A stretch of 23,116 nucleotides of DNA from a candidate division WOR-3 bacterium (lineage in GTDB: Bacteria; Hydrothermota; Hydrothermia; LBFQ01; DSFT01): assembly GCA_965649115.1 (NCBI GenBank), contig CBFGJN010000028.1, positions 1-23,116 of the forward strand, written 5' to 3'. Positions 8,007 through 17,501 of this stretch are shown piece after piece (the stretch's first letter is position 1; each line of letters opens with the position of its first letter). Made by a program: the position numbers and the translations under genes. The notes below the pieces were generated by a model. The model was not told the DNA's origin and made no database searches. It was given only the letters and a program-made list of their open reading frames with translations.

Positions 8007-8783
8007 ATGGAAACACTTATTTTAAATAAAGTTGAAAATCTTCTTGTTATTAAATTAAACCGACCTGAAAGTCTAAATGCGATAACTACGAAAATGCTTA
8101 AAGAATTAAATAATGCTTTTTCAGAAGCTCAAAAGGATAATTCAATAAGAGCAATTTTATTAACAGGTGAAGGAAAAGGTTTTTGCTCGGGTCAAGATTT
8201 GAAAGATATTGAAAATTTAGAAAAATTTTCATTTTATGAACATCTCGCAAATAACTATAATCCATTAATTTTAAAAATGAGAACAATTGAAAAACCTATA
8301 ATTGTTGGAATAAATGGAACATGTGCAGGAGCAGGATTATCATTAGCTCTTGCTGGTGATATTAGAATTGCTAAAAGAAGTGCTAAATTTACACTTGCTT
8401 TTGGTAATATTGGTTTAATTACAGATTCTGGAAGTTCATATTTTCTTGTTAGAATGATTGGAATTTCAAAAACTCTTGAATTATTATGGACTAATGAGAT
8501 ATTTGATAGTCAGAAAGCATTAGAACTTGGAATTATAAATAAAATTTTTGAAGATAATGAATTTGAAAATAAAATTTTAGAATTTTCATTAAATATAGCA
8601 AATGGTCCAACAAAAGCTTATGCTATTTCAAAAAGATTTTACAATAGAATTTATGAATTAAATTTTAATGAAGTTTTAGAGCTTGAGGCGCAGTACCAAG
8701 AAGTTCTTGGGAAAACAGAAGATTTCAAAGAAGGAATAAAAGCATTTATTGAGAAAAGGAAACCAAATTTTAAAGGATATTAA
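8007..8783 (+). CDS. paaG: Enoyl-CoA hydratase/isomerase, PaaG-like (1,2-epoxyphenylacetyl-CoA isomerase)
   Basis: LNRPESLNA, GFCSGQDL, YNPLI, NGTCAGAG, GLITDSG, EGIKAFIEKRKPNFKG. Family is certain; the PaaG call rests on the GQDL/YNPLI/DSG pattern and paaAB in the window. ATG 8007 is 7 nt after TAAAAT. Confidence 0.72.
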   Translation: METLILNKVENLLVIKLNRPESLNAITTKMLKELNNAFSEAQKDNSIRAILLTGEGKGFCSGQDLKDIENLEKFSFYEHLANNYNPLILKMRTIEKPIIVGINGTCAGAGLSLALAGDIRIAKRSAKFTLAFGNIGLITDSGSSYFLVRMIGISKTLELLWTNEIFDSQKALELGIINKIFEDNEFENKILEFSLNIANGPTKAYAISKRFYNRIYELNFNEVLELEAQYQEVLGKTEDFKEGIKAFIEKRKPNFKGY

Positions 8784-9778
8784 TGATATGGATTGATTTA
8801 GCAAATTCACCTCATGTTTTATTTTTTAAGCCAATTATAGAAAAATTAAATAATGTTATTATAACAGTTAGAGACTTTGGACAAACAATTGAACTTGCAA
8901 GAAAATTTAATTTAGAGTTTGAAGTTATTGGAAGGCATGATGGTAAAAGCAAGATAAAAAAATTTTTTGGTTTATTTAAAAGAGCAAATCAACTTAAAAA
9001 TTTTATAAAAGATAAAAAAGTTATTTTAGGATTGTCTCATAATTCATATCATCAGATAGTTGCTTGTAAAATGCTTAAAATAAAAAATATAACTTTTATG
9101 GACTTTGAAGGTCAAATCGCTAACCATTTAGCATTTAGATTATCAGATTTAGTAGTTGTTCCAAAGTTCTTTAAAAAAAATTATTTGAAACTTTATGGTG
9201 CTAAAAATGTTAAATTTTATAATGGATTGAAGGAAGAAATTTATCTTTGGAACTTTTCCGATAATAATGATTATATGTTAGAGCTTGGAATTAGAAGAGA
9301 TTTACCAATTTGTGTAATAAGACCACCTGCAACAAGCTCACTATATTATAAAAAGAATGAATTATTTTTTGAAATTTTAAATTTTGTCTCAAAAGAATGC
9401 AAAGTCATTTTAATTTTAAGAAACAAAGAACAGATAAACGAATTAAAGCTAAAAAAAATAATTAATGAAAATATAATAATTCCAAATGAAGTTTTAGATG
9501 GACCAAGATTACTATATTGGGCTGACCTTACAATATCAGCAGGAGGAACGATGAATAGAGAAAGTGCATTACTTGGAACTCCAACTTATAGTATATTCAA
9601 AGGCATTAAAAGTGGTGTTGATGAATATCTTGAAAATTTAGGTATATTAAAATTTATTAAAAGTCCAAAAGAAATAAAAATTGAGAAGAAAAAAACCTAT
9701 AAAAAACTTGTTGATAAACCAAATGTTTTAAATGAAATTTTGGAAATTATAGAGCAAAATCTAAAATTAGTTTCTTAA
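8783..9778 (+). CDS. DUF354 domain-containing protein (GT-B glycosyltransferase-like)
   Basis: IWIDLANSPHVLFF, IGRH, RPPA, ISAGGTMNRESALLGTPTYS. Confidence 0.85.
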   Translation: MIWIDLANSPHVLFFKPIIEKLNNVIITVRDFGQTIELARKFNLEFEVIGRHDGKSKIKKFFGLFKRANQLKNFIKDKKVILGLSHNSYHQIVACKMLKIKNITFMDFEGQIANHLAFRLSDLVVVPKFFKKNYLKLYGAKNVKFYNGLKEEIYLWNFSDNNDYMLELGIRRDLPICVIRPPATSSLYYKKNELFFEILNFVSKECKVILILRNKEQINELKLKKIINENIIIPNEVLDGPRLLYWADLTISAGGTMNRESALLGTPTYSIFKGIKSGVDEYLENLGILKFIKSPKEIKIEKKKTYKKLVDKPNVLNEILEIIEQNLKLVS

Positions 9779-11792
9779 ATTCTTTTATAACCTTAACAAC
9801 TTTAACATTTACTTTTTGTCCCAATTTATACATCTTATTATCTACAAAAGCAATATATTTGTTTTCATCAATTTTCAAATTTTCAAATTTAACAATTCCC
9901 TCTACTAAATGCTCCTTTATTTCAACAAATATTCCTTCATCAGAAAATCCAGAAATAACACCTTCAAAAATTTCACCTATTTTATTTTTCATAAACTCAA
10001 GTTTTTTATATTCCCATAAATCCCATTCTGCATTATCAGCCTTCTCTTCCATATTTGAACAATGATTAGCTATGTCTTCAAGCATTTCCAAAAATTCATC
10101 ACTCCTATTTATCTTATTTTTTAAAGCAGAATAAAGAATTCTATGAACTATTAAATCAGGATATCTTCTTATAGGAGATGTGAAATGAGTATAGTTTTTA
10201 AGTGCTAATCCAAAATGTCCTATATTTTTTGTTGAATATCTTGCTCTTGCCATACTTCTTAATAATAAATAAGTTAGCAAATCTTCATTATCGGAGTTCT
10301 TTACCATTTTTAAAATTTTTGATATTTCAAGTGAGGTAATTTTTTCGGGAATTGAAATTGGGATATTTAATAAATTTTGAGCAATTATTATGAAATTTTT
10401 AATTTTTTTAGGGTCTGGTCTATCATGAACTCTATAAATAGCAGGGATATTGTTCTTTGAAAAGAAATTAGCGACACTAACATTTGCACTTATCATAAAA
10501 TCTTCAATAATCCTATGAGTTTTTAACCTAATTTTTGGAATTATGTTTATGATATTCTTATTTTCATCAAAAATAAAATAAGGCTCAGGTAAATCAAAGT
10601 CTAGGCTCCCTTCACTTTCTCTTTTTTCTCTTATTATTTCGGAAAGTTCTTCTGCCAATTTTAAATTTTCTCTAATTATTTTAATATAACTTTCATCAGC
10701 AAATTTGCTAACGCCAGTCCAAGGTTCTTTATTTTCTAAAAGTGCCTGTGCATCTTCATAAGTTAGTCTTGCTTTTGAATTTATAACGCTCTTAAAAAAT
10801 GTTGTTTCTACTATTTCACCTTTTTTATTTATTTTCATAATAACTGAAAATGCATATCTATTTTTTAATGGTTGAAGTGATGATAAGTAATTTGATAATT
10901 TGTGTGGAAGCATAGGAATTACAAAATTTAATAGATAAACGCTTGTTGCTCTTTTTCTTGCTTCAATATCAATAACACTATTAAATTTTACATAATGTGA
11001 AACATCTGCTATATGAACACCAAGAATATAATAATCCCCTTCTTTCTTAACACTTATTGCATCATCATAATCTTTTGCATCAATAGGGTCAATTGTGTAT
11101 ATAATTTCATCTGTTAAATCTATTCTATTTTTAAAATTTATTTTTTCAGAAATTTTATCAATTTCACTTTCAACCTCCTTACTAAAACTTGTCGGTAAAT
11201 CATAAGTTTTGATTACAACTTTCAGGTCAACATCAGGTTCATCAATTTTCCCAATTACTTCAACAATACTTGCTTTAAGTTTTTTCCCTCTTATAAGTCT
11301 AAATAAAACTTTACTATTTTCTTCAATTTTCAATTTCTTTGATTTTTTCGTTATTTCAATAGATATTCCAAGAGATTTGTCATCAGGATAAATTTTCTTA
11401 TTTCTATATGTCCCTATAAATAAATTCTTTTTTTTGACAATTTTTATAATTTTACCAACAACTTTCCCACTTTCCTTCTTTAAAGGTTTTACAATAACAA
11501 GATCTCCACTAATTGCCAAATTTGACCACTTTGGTGGAATAAAAATATCATTTACAAAACCATAATTTTTTTTCCTTTCAAACTCTCCAAAAATCAAATT
11601 TAATTTTTTTAATGAATAAACTTTTGAATTTTTTATTAAAACTTTACCTTCTAATTCAAGTTCCTTTAAAATTCTTTTTATTAATCTTTGTGGTACATTT
11701 TCACCAATTTCTTTTTGAATTTGTTTGATTGTTTTTCCTTTTTTGGAAGCATTAATAATTTTTAAAATTTTTAATTTATCCACTACTTCCAA
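9747..11792 (-). CDS. rnr: Ribonuclease R (RNB/RNase II family 3'-5' exoribonuclease)
   Basis: TIDPIDAKDYDDAIS, VHIADVS, IEDFMISAN, HFGLALKNYTHFTSPIRRYPDLIVHR; N-terminal HTH/CSD region and C-terminal S1 domain. Confidence 0.93.
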   Translation of the reverse strand: MEVVDKLKILKIINASKKGKTIKQIQKEIGENVPQRLIKRILKELELEGKVLIKNSKVYSLKKLNLIFGEFERKKNYGFVNDIFIPPKWSNLAISGDLVIVKPLKKESGKVVGKIIKIVKKKNLFIGTYRNKKIYPDDKSLGISIEITKKSKKLKIEENSKVLFRLIRGKKLKASIVEVIGKIDEPDVDLKVVIKTYDLPTSFSKEVESEIDKISEKINFKNRIDLTDEIIYTIDPIDAKDYDDAISVKKEGDYYILGVHIADVSHYVKFNSVIDIEARKRATSVYLLNFVIPMLPHKLSNYLSSLQPLKNRYAFSVIMKINKKGEIVETTFFKSVINSKARLTYEDAQALLENKEPWTGVSKFADESYIKIIRENLKLAEELSEIIREKRESEGSLDFDLPEPYFIFDENKNIINIIPKIRLKTHRIIEDFMISANVSVANFFSKNNIPAIYRVHDRPDPKKIKNFIIIAQNLLNIPISIPEKITSLEISKILKMVKNSDNEDLLTYLLLRSMARARYSTKNIGHFGLALKNYTHFTSPIRRYPDLIVHRILYSALKNKINRSDEFLEMLEDIANHCSNMEEKADNAEWDLWEYKKLEFMKNKIGEIFEGVISGFSDEGIFVEIKEHLVEGIVKFENLKIDENKYIAFVDNKMYKLGQKVNVKVVKVIKEFKKLILDFAL

Positions 11793-12204
11793 AACCTCTC
11801 TCTCCTCTTATCGTTCTTCCAAGTTCATCCAAATTATCAACTTCAATTATTTCCTTAGGTTCTAAAACATTAACAATTAAAAGTTGTGCTATAAATTCTC
11901 CTTCCTTAACTTCTATATGTTCATCTTTATTAGAATTATATAAAACAACAATAATTTCTCCTCTATAAGAGTTATCAATAATTCCCGCCAGTGTAAATAA
12001 TCCCTTTTTTAATGCTATTGAGCTTCTCTCTTTTATAAATCCAAATGTTCCTTTTGGTAAAGCTATGTGAATTCCAGTTTTAATTGATCTTCTACTTAAT
12101 GGTTCAATTAAGACATTTTCTATACTTGCTAAATCTATTCCTTGACTTTCTCCATAAGCAATTCTATAATTTGCTTTGTCTGAACTTTTATAAATTTTAA
12201 TCAT
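11776..12204 (-). CDS. dut: Trimeric dUTP diphosphatase
   Basis: GIDL, RSS, GIIDNSYRGEI, IAQL, RGERGFGSSG. Confidence 0.93.
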   Translation of the reverse strand: MIKIYKSSDKANYRIAYGESQGIDLASIENVLIEPLSRRSIKTGIHIALPKGTFGFIKERSSIALKKGLFTLAGIIDNSYRGEIIVVLYNSNKDEHIEVKEGEFIAQLLIVNVLEPKEIIEVDNLDELGRTIRGERGFGSSG

Positions 12205-13049
12205 TTTTTTACCTTACTTAATATCTCGGAAATGATGTTTGACAATTCCAAAGGGAAAATAATTTTTGTTGAAGAAGAACTTGATATATTTTCAAGAGCT
12301 TTTAAGTATTCAAGAGCAATTGTATTAGGGTCTATATTTTTGGCGACATCATAAATTCTTGATAAGGCTAATGCATAACCTTCTGCTCTTAAAATTTGAG
12401 CTTGTCTTTCACCTTCCGCTCTTAAAATTTGTGATTGTTTTTCTCCTTCTGCTTTTAATATCTCTGATTGTCTAATGCCTTCTGCTTCGGTTATCATAGC
12501 TCTTCTATTCCTTTCCGCTGCCATTTGTTTTGTCATAGCTTCTTGTATTTCTTTTGGAGGAATAATTTCTCTAATTTCAACAGCTGTTACTTTTACTCCC
12601 CATCTTTGTGTTACTTCGTCTATTCTCATTTGTAATTTTTGATTTATTTCTTCTCTTTTTGATAGAACATCGTCAAGTATAATATCACCAATTATTGCTC
12701 TTAATGTTGTAGTAGCAAGTCCTTGTGTTGCTAAATATAAGTTTTCAACACTTATTACTGAAAGAACAGGGTCAATAACTCTTAAATATATTAAAAAATC
12801 AACTTTAATGAGAGCATTATCTTTTGTAATACAGGATTGTTCTGCTATTTCAAAAACTCTTTCTCTTAAATCAACTTTTATTGGATAGTCAATTATAGGA
12901 ATTACAAGAACAATTCCGGGTCCTTTTGCTTCTTTTAGTGCTTTACCAAGTCTTAAAATAACAATCCTTTCATATTCAGGAACTATTTTTATTCCAGTTA
13001 GAATAAAAATCAGGAAAAACAATAATAAAAAAATTATTAACCAAGACAT
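12201..13049 (-). CDS. SPFH/band 7 (stomatin/QmcA-like) membrane protein
   Basis: N-terminal TM helix, RLGK, GPG, VDLRE, ITKDN, TTLRAIIG, WGVKV, QMAAER and AEG repeats. Confidence 0.93.
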   Translation of the reverse strand: MSWLIIFLLLFFLIFILTGIKIVPEYERIVILRLGKALKEAKGPGIVLVIPIIDYPIKVDLRERVFEIAEQSCITKDNALIKVDFLIYLRVIDPVLSVISVENLYLATQGLATTTLRAIIGDIILDDVLSKREEINQKLQMRIDEVTQRWGVKVTAVEIREIIPPKEIQEAMTKQMAAERNRRAMITEAEGIRQSEILKAEGEKQSQILRAEGERQAQILRAEGYALALSRIYDVAKNIDPNTIALEYLKALENISSSSSTKIIFPLELSNIISEILSKVKK

Positions 13050-13061
13050 AGTTTTAAAATT

Positions 13062-13877
13062 TTAAGGCTTATAGTGTTCAAGTGTTAAACATTTTACACC
13101 ACCACCTACTAAATGAAATTCTGATAAATCAAAAAATTCAACTTTATAGCCAAGTTTCATAAATAATTCAGCTAATTGTTCTTGAAATTTTGACTTATTA
13201 CAAAAAACAACATCTTCAAAATAAGTGTTATTTAATGCAAAGTCAAATGACCATTCATTAGGAACTTTTATTAAATGAAATTTATTTTCTTTTAAAATTT
13301 CAATTGAATTTTCACTTATTGTTCCCTCCGCGTAAATAACAATATCATTTATTGGGAATATACAAATATCAAGATGAAATTTATAAGTTTCTATTGGAAT
13401 AACTTTAATTCCTAAAATTTTTTCAATAAAATGTTTTGTTTCATAACTTGTTCTTTTACCATAAGCCATGATAATAGTTTTTTTAGAATATGAATATATT
13501 GCTTCTGCATTTCCTTCAAATGTTAAATGTTTAGGCAGTTCTATAACTTCAAAATTTTTTTTATAAGCCCATTCTTTTAAGTAATTTGCTTCTTTTTGTC
13601 GTTCTTTATGTTTAAAATTACTTATTATTGCCTTATCATTAAATAAAAAAACTGAATCACCAACAAATGTTAATTCAGGTAAATTTTCTTTTGAAGGAAT
13701 TATTTCAATATCAATTTTGTATTTTAAGTAGGTTAAATAAACATTAAACCATTGCTTATAGGCATTTTTTTGATTAACAGTTCTTCCCTTATAAAAGATA
13801 TAGTATTCATTATCATCAGAAAAATCATATTTCACCTCGTAATAACAAGGAGGACATAAAAGGAATTTTCTTTTCAA
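13062..13877 (-). CDS. Amidinotransferase/dimethylarginine dimethylaminohydrolase (pentein) family protein
   Basis: FLLCPP, QW, LPELTF, ER, FEG, RT, FHLD and GGGVKCLT with the catalytic Cys near the C-terminus. TTG start. Confidence 0.85.
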   Translation of the reverse strand: MKRKFLLCPPCYYEVKYDFSDDNEYYIFYKGRTVNQKNAYKQWFNVYLTYLKYKIDIEIIPSKENLPELTFVGDSVFLFNDKAIISNFKHKERQKEANYLKEWAYKKNFEVIELPKHLTFEGNAEAIYSYSKKTIIMAYGKRTSYETKHFIEKILGIKVIPIETYKFHLDICIFPINDIVIYAEGTISENSIEILKENKFHLIKVPNEWSFDFALNNTYFEDVVFCNKSKFQEQLAELFMKLGYKVEFFDLSEFHLVGGGVKCLTLEHYKP

Positions 13878-13899
13878 TATGAAAATTTTAAAGGTTTAT

Positions 13900-13965
13900 T
13901 TAGGCAGAAAGGCTTATAAAATTTTTAATTGGAATTATTTATTTTTTTGGGGATTTAACACAGCA
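13900..13965. repeat. Highly degenerate MITE remnant
   Basis: TTAGGCAGAAAGGCTTATAA resembles the TAAGCC-GAA-GGCTTA module. ATTTAACACAGCA (13953-13965) is 11/13 to the TIR variant ATTGGACACAGCA. Confidence 0.35.
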
Positions 13966-13994
13966 TTTGCTTATTGCTTTAAAATTTTAGAACT

Positions 13995-14696
13995 TTGCAA
14001 TTACAAACGATATCTTATTTTAAACTAAAAGAACTAAATATAAAGAAAGTTTTTTTACCAGTTGGTACAATAGAAGCCCATGGACCTGCTCCCCTGGGAA
14101 CAGATAACTTTATACCTTTTAAATTAGCGGAAGAATTGGCAAATGATTTTTCTGCTATTGTTCTTCCTATTGTAAGTTATGGAATAAATAAAACGATTGA
14201 TTATTACTGTGGTTCTATGGGTATATCAGAAAAGACATTTAAATTATTAATTTATGATATTTTATCTTCCTGCTATAAAAATGGATTTGAGGAGATTTTT
14301 ATATTTAATGGTCATTCTGGCAATACGATTGCTTTAAAAGAAGTTTCTTTTAAGGCTCATAAAAAATTTAATTTAAAAATTGCTATCATTGATTGGTGGG
14401 AAGTAGCTAAAGAAATTGATTATTTTAAAGAAAATAAGGGTCATGCTGGAATTGATGAATTATCAATGCTAATTTATGCTTATCCAAAAGCTTTGAATGA
14501 TATAAAAGGCATTTATAAAAGTTATAAACCTAACTCCTTAATTGTCTATCCAAATCCAAGAAGCATCTTAATTGACAACAATCAAATTGACTATTCAATT
14601 TTAGACCTTGAAAAAGCAAAAGAGTTTTTTAGAATCATAAAAGAAAAAATAAAGCAATATATAAACGAGGTTTTAGAGGGATGGAAAGAAATATAA
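13995..14696 (+). CDS. Creatininase family amidohydrolase
   Basis: LPVGTIEAHG, PLGTD, NGHSGN and HAGIDE metal-ligand motifs. TTG start. Confidence 0.9.
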   Translation: MQLQTISYFKLKELNIKKVFLPVGTIEAHGPAPLGTDNFIPFKLAEELANDFSAIVLPIVSYGINKTIDYYCGSMGISEKTFKLLIYDILSSCYKNGFEEIFIFNGHSGNTIALKEVSFKAHKKFNLKIAIIDWWEVAKEIDYFKENKGHAGIDELSMLIYAYPKALNDIKGIYKSYKPNSLIVYPNPRSILIDNNQIDYSILDLEKAKEFFRIIKEKIKQYINEVLEGWKEI

Positions 14697-15541
14697 AGAC
14701 CTTAGATGTTTCAGTAATTGGTTCAGAAATTCCAGAAAGTTATTTTCATCCAAAACTTGATAATTTTAAGCTTGGAGAGTTTCTTTGGGTAAAATTAGAA
14801 AATGAAAATTATGAAAAACTTGTAAAAGTAAGAGGTATAAATCAAAAGGTTTCAAAAGAAATTAATAAAATTGTCCATTACAGAAGAGCACATAAAGATA
14901 ACATTATAAAGGTTATGAAAAATATGATAAAAGGTATATTATGGGAGATGGGATATGAAAATGTTAAACTTGCTAATTTTGAAATTGATGTTGATAAAGG
15001 GGTATTAAAAGTTGATTATATTTCAGATAAGAAATTAAATTTACATATTCTTGGTTCTAAATTTGCTAAATTATTACATGTTCGTGTTGAATTAAATCAA
15101 ATTGGGGCAAGAGATTTAGCAGGTCAAATTGGTTGGCTTGAACCTTGTGGTTTAATTGCTTGTTGTAAAACATTTTTAAAAGGAAAATTGCCATCTATAA
15201 GTATAGATATGGCAAGAAGACAATACTTATTTACTGCTCCCGAAAGACTAACAGGAGCTTGTGGAAGATTATTCTGTTGTCTTGCTTATGAATTTGATTT
15301 TTACGATGAAATATATAATAAGCTTCCAAAAATGGGGGCAAAGGTTAAAACGCCTAATGGAATTGGAGAAATTGTTGAAGTAAATCCCTTAAAAGGTTAT
15401 TTTAGAGTAAAATATGATAACCTAAAATATGAGGTTATAAACATAGAAGAAAACAAAGAGTGGTACATTATTTCAGAGCCTAAAATTGGAAATGATACTT
15501 CTGAGAACAAAGGCTCTATAAATGATGATGGGATTGAATAG
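14681..15541 (+). CDS. PSP1 domain protein (RicT/YaaT-like Fe-S protein)
   Basis: RVELNQIGARD, CG-x3-CC, MARRQ, GACGRLFCCLAYE. Confidence 0.88.
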   Translation: MERNIKTLDVSVIGSEIPESYFHPKLDNFKLGEFLWVKLENENYEKLVKVRGINQKVSKEINKIVHYRRAHKDNIIKVMKNMIKGILWEMGYENVKLANFEIDVDKGVLKVDYISDKKLNLHILGSKFAKLLHVRVELNQIGARDLAGQIGWLEPCGLIACCKTFLKGKLPSISIDMARRQYLFTAPERLTGACGRLFCCLAYEFDFYDEIYNKLPKMGAKVKTPNGIGEIVEVNPLKGYFRVKYDNLKYEVINIEENKEWYIISEPKIGNDTSENKGSINDDGIE

Positions 15542-16369
15542 GAAGTCAATTAACCAATTATTTAAATTGAAAAATTTATAAGCATTATAAAAATTTTCAA
15601 AATTTTGATTGATAATTGTCCTTATTTGAGGATTTGTCCTTACTTGTTTTTCAAAATCTAATTCAAAGTTTTTTTTATAAATGTTTTCAATTTGATACAA
15701 TGAATGGATTGCTATTGGTAATTTTTCTAATGATTTTAAATTTTCAAAAATTATCAGGTCTTGAGGAGGAAAGTAATAGTAGAATTTTTCAATTTTTGGA
15801 ATTTTTTTAAATTTTTTAAAAGTTTTTCTTCTATCTAATGAATTTAGAGAAAAGAATTCTATTTTTCCTGTGTTCAAGCTAAAAACAATCAACTTATTTT
15901 TCATTTCAATAATATCACTTTTAAATTTTTTTATAAAATCAATAGCAGATTTTTCGTTTATTGTCCATTCCGAAAGTTTATAAAATAATTCAAAATCAGT
16001 CCATAAAAAATATCTTTCTTTGAACCTTTCTTTATAAAAATAAAAACTTCCAAAAATAATAATTTTTTTAGTGCTAATGTCAAAAATAATTCCAAAATAC
16101 GTTTTATTTAAATTTTCTAAATTGTTTTCAAAATATGACCTTAAAACCTCTTCCTTTCTATGTTTTCCACGATAAATTAAAATGATATTATTGAATTTTT
16201 CAATTTCCATTTTTGTCAAGATAATTCCACAGAATTCATCAAATCTTAGAGAAGGAACATTATTTAAAATGACAAATTTCTCACCCAATAAAATTGCATT
16301 ATAGTTTTTTATTGTTGTTTTTAAGTCTAAAACTTCAAAGTCAAGAAGAATTAGAAAGGATTTTTCCAA
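15473..16369 (-). CDS. Hypothetical protein
   Basis: 298-aa ORF overlapping the end of the upstream GAF gene. No recognisable motif. Confidence 0.6.
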   Translation of the reverse strand: MEKSFLILLDFEVLDLKTTIKNYNAILLGEKFVILNNVPSLRFDEFCGIILTKMEIEKFNNIILIYRGKHRKEEVLRSYFENNLENLNKTYFGIIFDISTKKIIIFGSFYFYKERFKERYFLWTDFELFYKLSEWTINEKSAIDFIKKFKSDIIEMKNKLIVFSLNTGKIEFFSLNSLDRRKTFKKFKKIPKIEKFYYYFPPQDLIIFENLKSLEKLPIAIHSLYQIENIYKKNFELDFEKQVRTNPQIRTIINQNFENFYNAYKFFNLNNWLIDFLFNPIIIYRAFVLRSIISNFRL

Positions 16370-16748
16370 TTTCTTTTGCTATACTTTCTAAAAATTCCTT
16401 ATCGCTTTCATCAAATGCGTTCAAATAATCACTATCAATATCTATTTCTCCAAGAACATTTCCATTTTCATCTCTTATTGGAACTACAATTTCAGATTTT
16501 GTCCAAATTGAACAAGCTAAGTACCTTTCATCTTTACTAACATCATTTACAATTAAAGTTTTATTCTCTCTAAACGCAGCTCCACAGATTCCTTTATCTA
16601 TTGGAATTTTAGTATGAGGTGTAGGTCTTCCTATATAGTAAGGAAATAGCTCTAATACACCATCTTTATATAAGTAAATACCTACCCAGTGATACTTTTC
16701 AGAGTGAGATTTAATTTTGTCTATGTACTCTTTAAGAATCTCTTCCAT
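16341..16748 (-). CDS. GAF domain protein, free methionine-(R)-sulfoxide reductase-like
   Basis: WVGIY, GICGAA, YLACS, SEIVVPI, GEIDIDS. Confidence 0.85.
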   Translation of the reverse strand: MEEILKEYIDKIKSHSEKYHWVGIYLYKDGVLELFPYYIGRPTPHTKIPIDKGICGAAFRENKTLIVNDVSKDERYLACSIWTKSEIVVPIRDENGNVLGEIDIDSDYLNAFDESDKEFLESIAKEIGKILSNSS

Positions 16749-16749
16749 G

Positions 16750-17462
16750 TTATTCTTTTAACTCTTCAACGATTTCAATATCAAAGCTTTTAGCAATAAC
16801 GACTGCTTTATCATTAGCAAATCAAATGCTGAAACATCACCTTCGCTAATTGATGATTTTATTTCAATTGCTATTTTCTTACTATCTTTAATGATTATAT
16901 CTATTTCTACTTGACTTGGCTTTAAAAAGACATATCCTTCTTCATCAAAGAATACGATATTTTCAACAGCATAACCTAAATCTTCAATAATGGTTTTTAT
17001 TCCTACCATTAATCCCCATCTTGCTCCAAGTGATGTTATTTTTCTGTCTATTTTTTTATCTAATCTGTCAATTGCTTGTGTTAGTTTTTCAATTGCTTGC
17101 CAAATTCTTTGATTTTCTCTTTCTTGTCTTTCAAATCCTTCTTTCATATCTTTTCTTGTTTGTTCAATTGATTTTTCTAATCTATCAATTGCCTGCCATA
17201 CTTTTTCAATAGTTTGCCATATTCTTTGATTTTCTCTTTCTTGTCTTTCAAAGCCTTCTTCTATTGTCTTTCTCATCTCTTGGATTGACTTTTCTAATTT
17301 TTCAATAGCTTGCCATACTCTTTCAATAGTTTGCCATATTCTTTCATTATCTTTAATAATAGTATTTATTACTTCTTCAATTAAAATTTCAAATGCTTCT
17401 CTCATTATATCTCTATATTCAGGAGGCAATTTATTTAAAACTTTATTTAGTTTTTCTATCAT
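16750..17462 (-). pseudogene. Coiled-coil plus PD-(D/E)XK nuclease (DUF3782-type), apparently frameshifted
   Basis: Heptad repeats, LGARWG, DEEGYVF, EIDIIIKD and AIEIKSS. A family-like C-terminus FANDKAVVIAKSFDIEIVEELKE* lies in another frame (16821-16750) and stops 1 nt before the next ATG. Confidence 0.65.
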
Positions 17463-17478
17463 TGTTTGATAATTTTAA

Positions 17479-17496
17479 AGCCCCCGAGTGGGGGCT
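17479..17496 (-). terminator. Probable intrinsic terminator hairpin
   Basis: AGCCCCC-GAGT-GGGGGCT, a perfect 7-bp stem 5 nt after the stop of the 1169-aa gene. The U-tract is short. Confidence 0.65.
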
Positions 17497-17501
17497 ATAA
17501 A

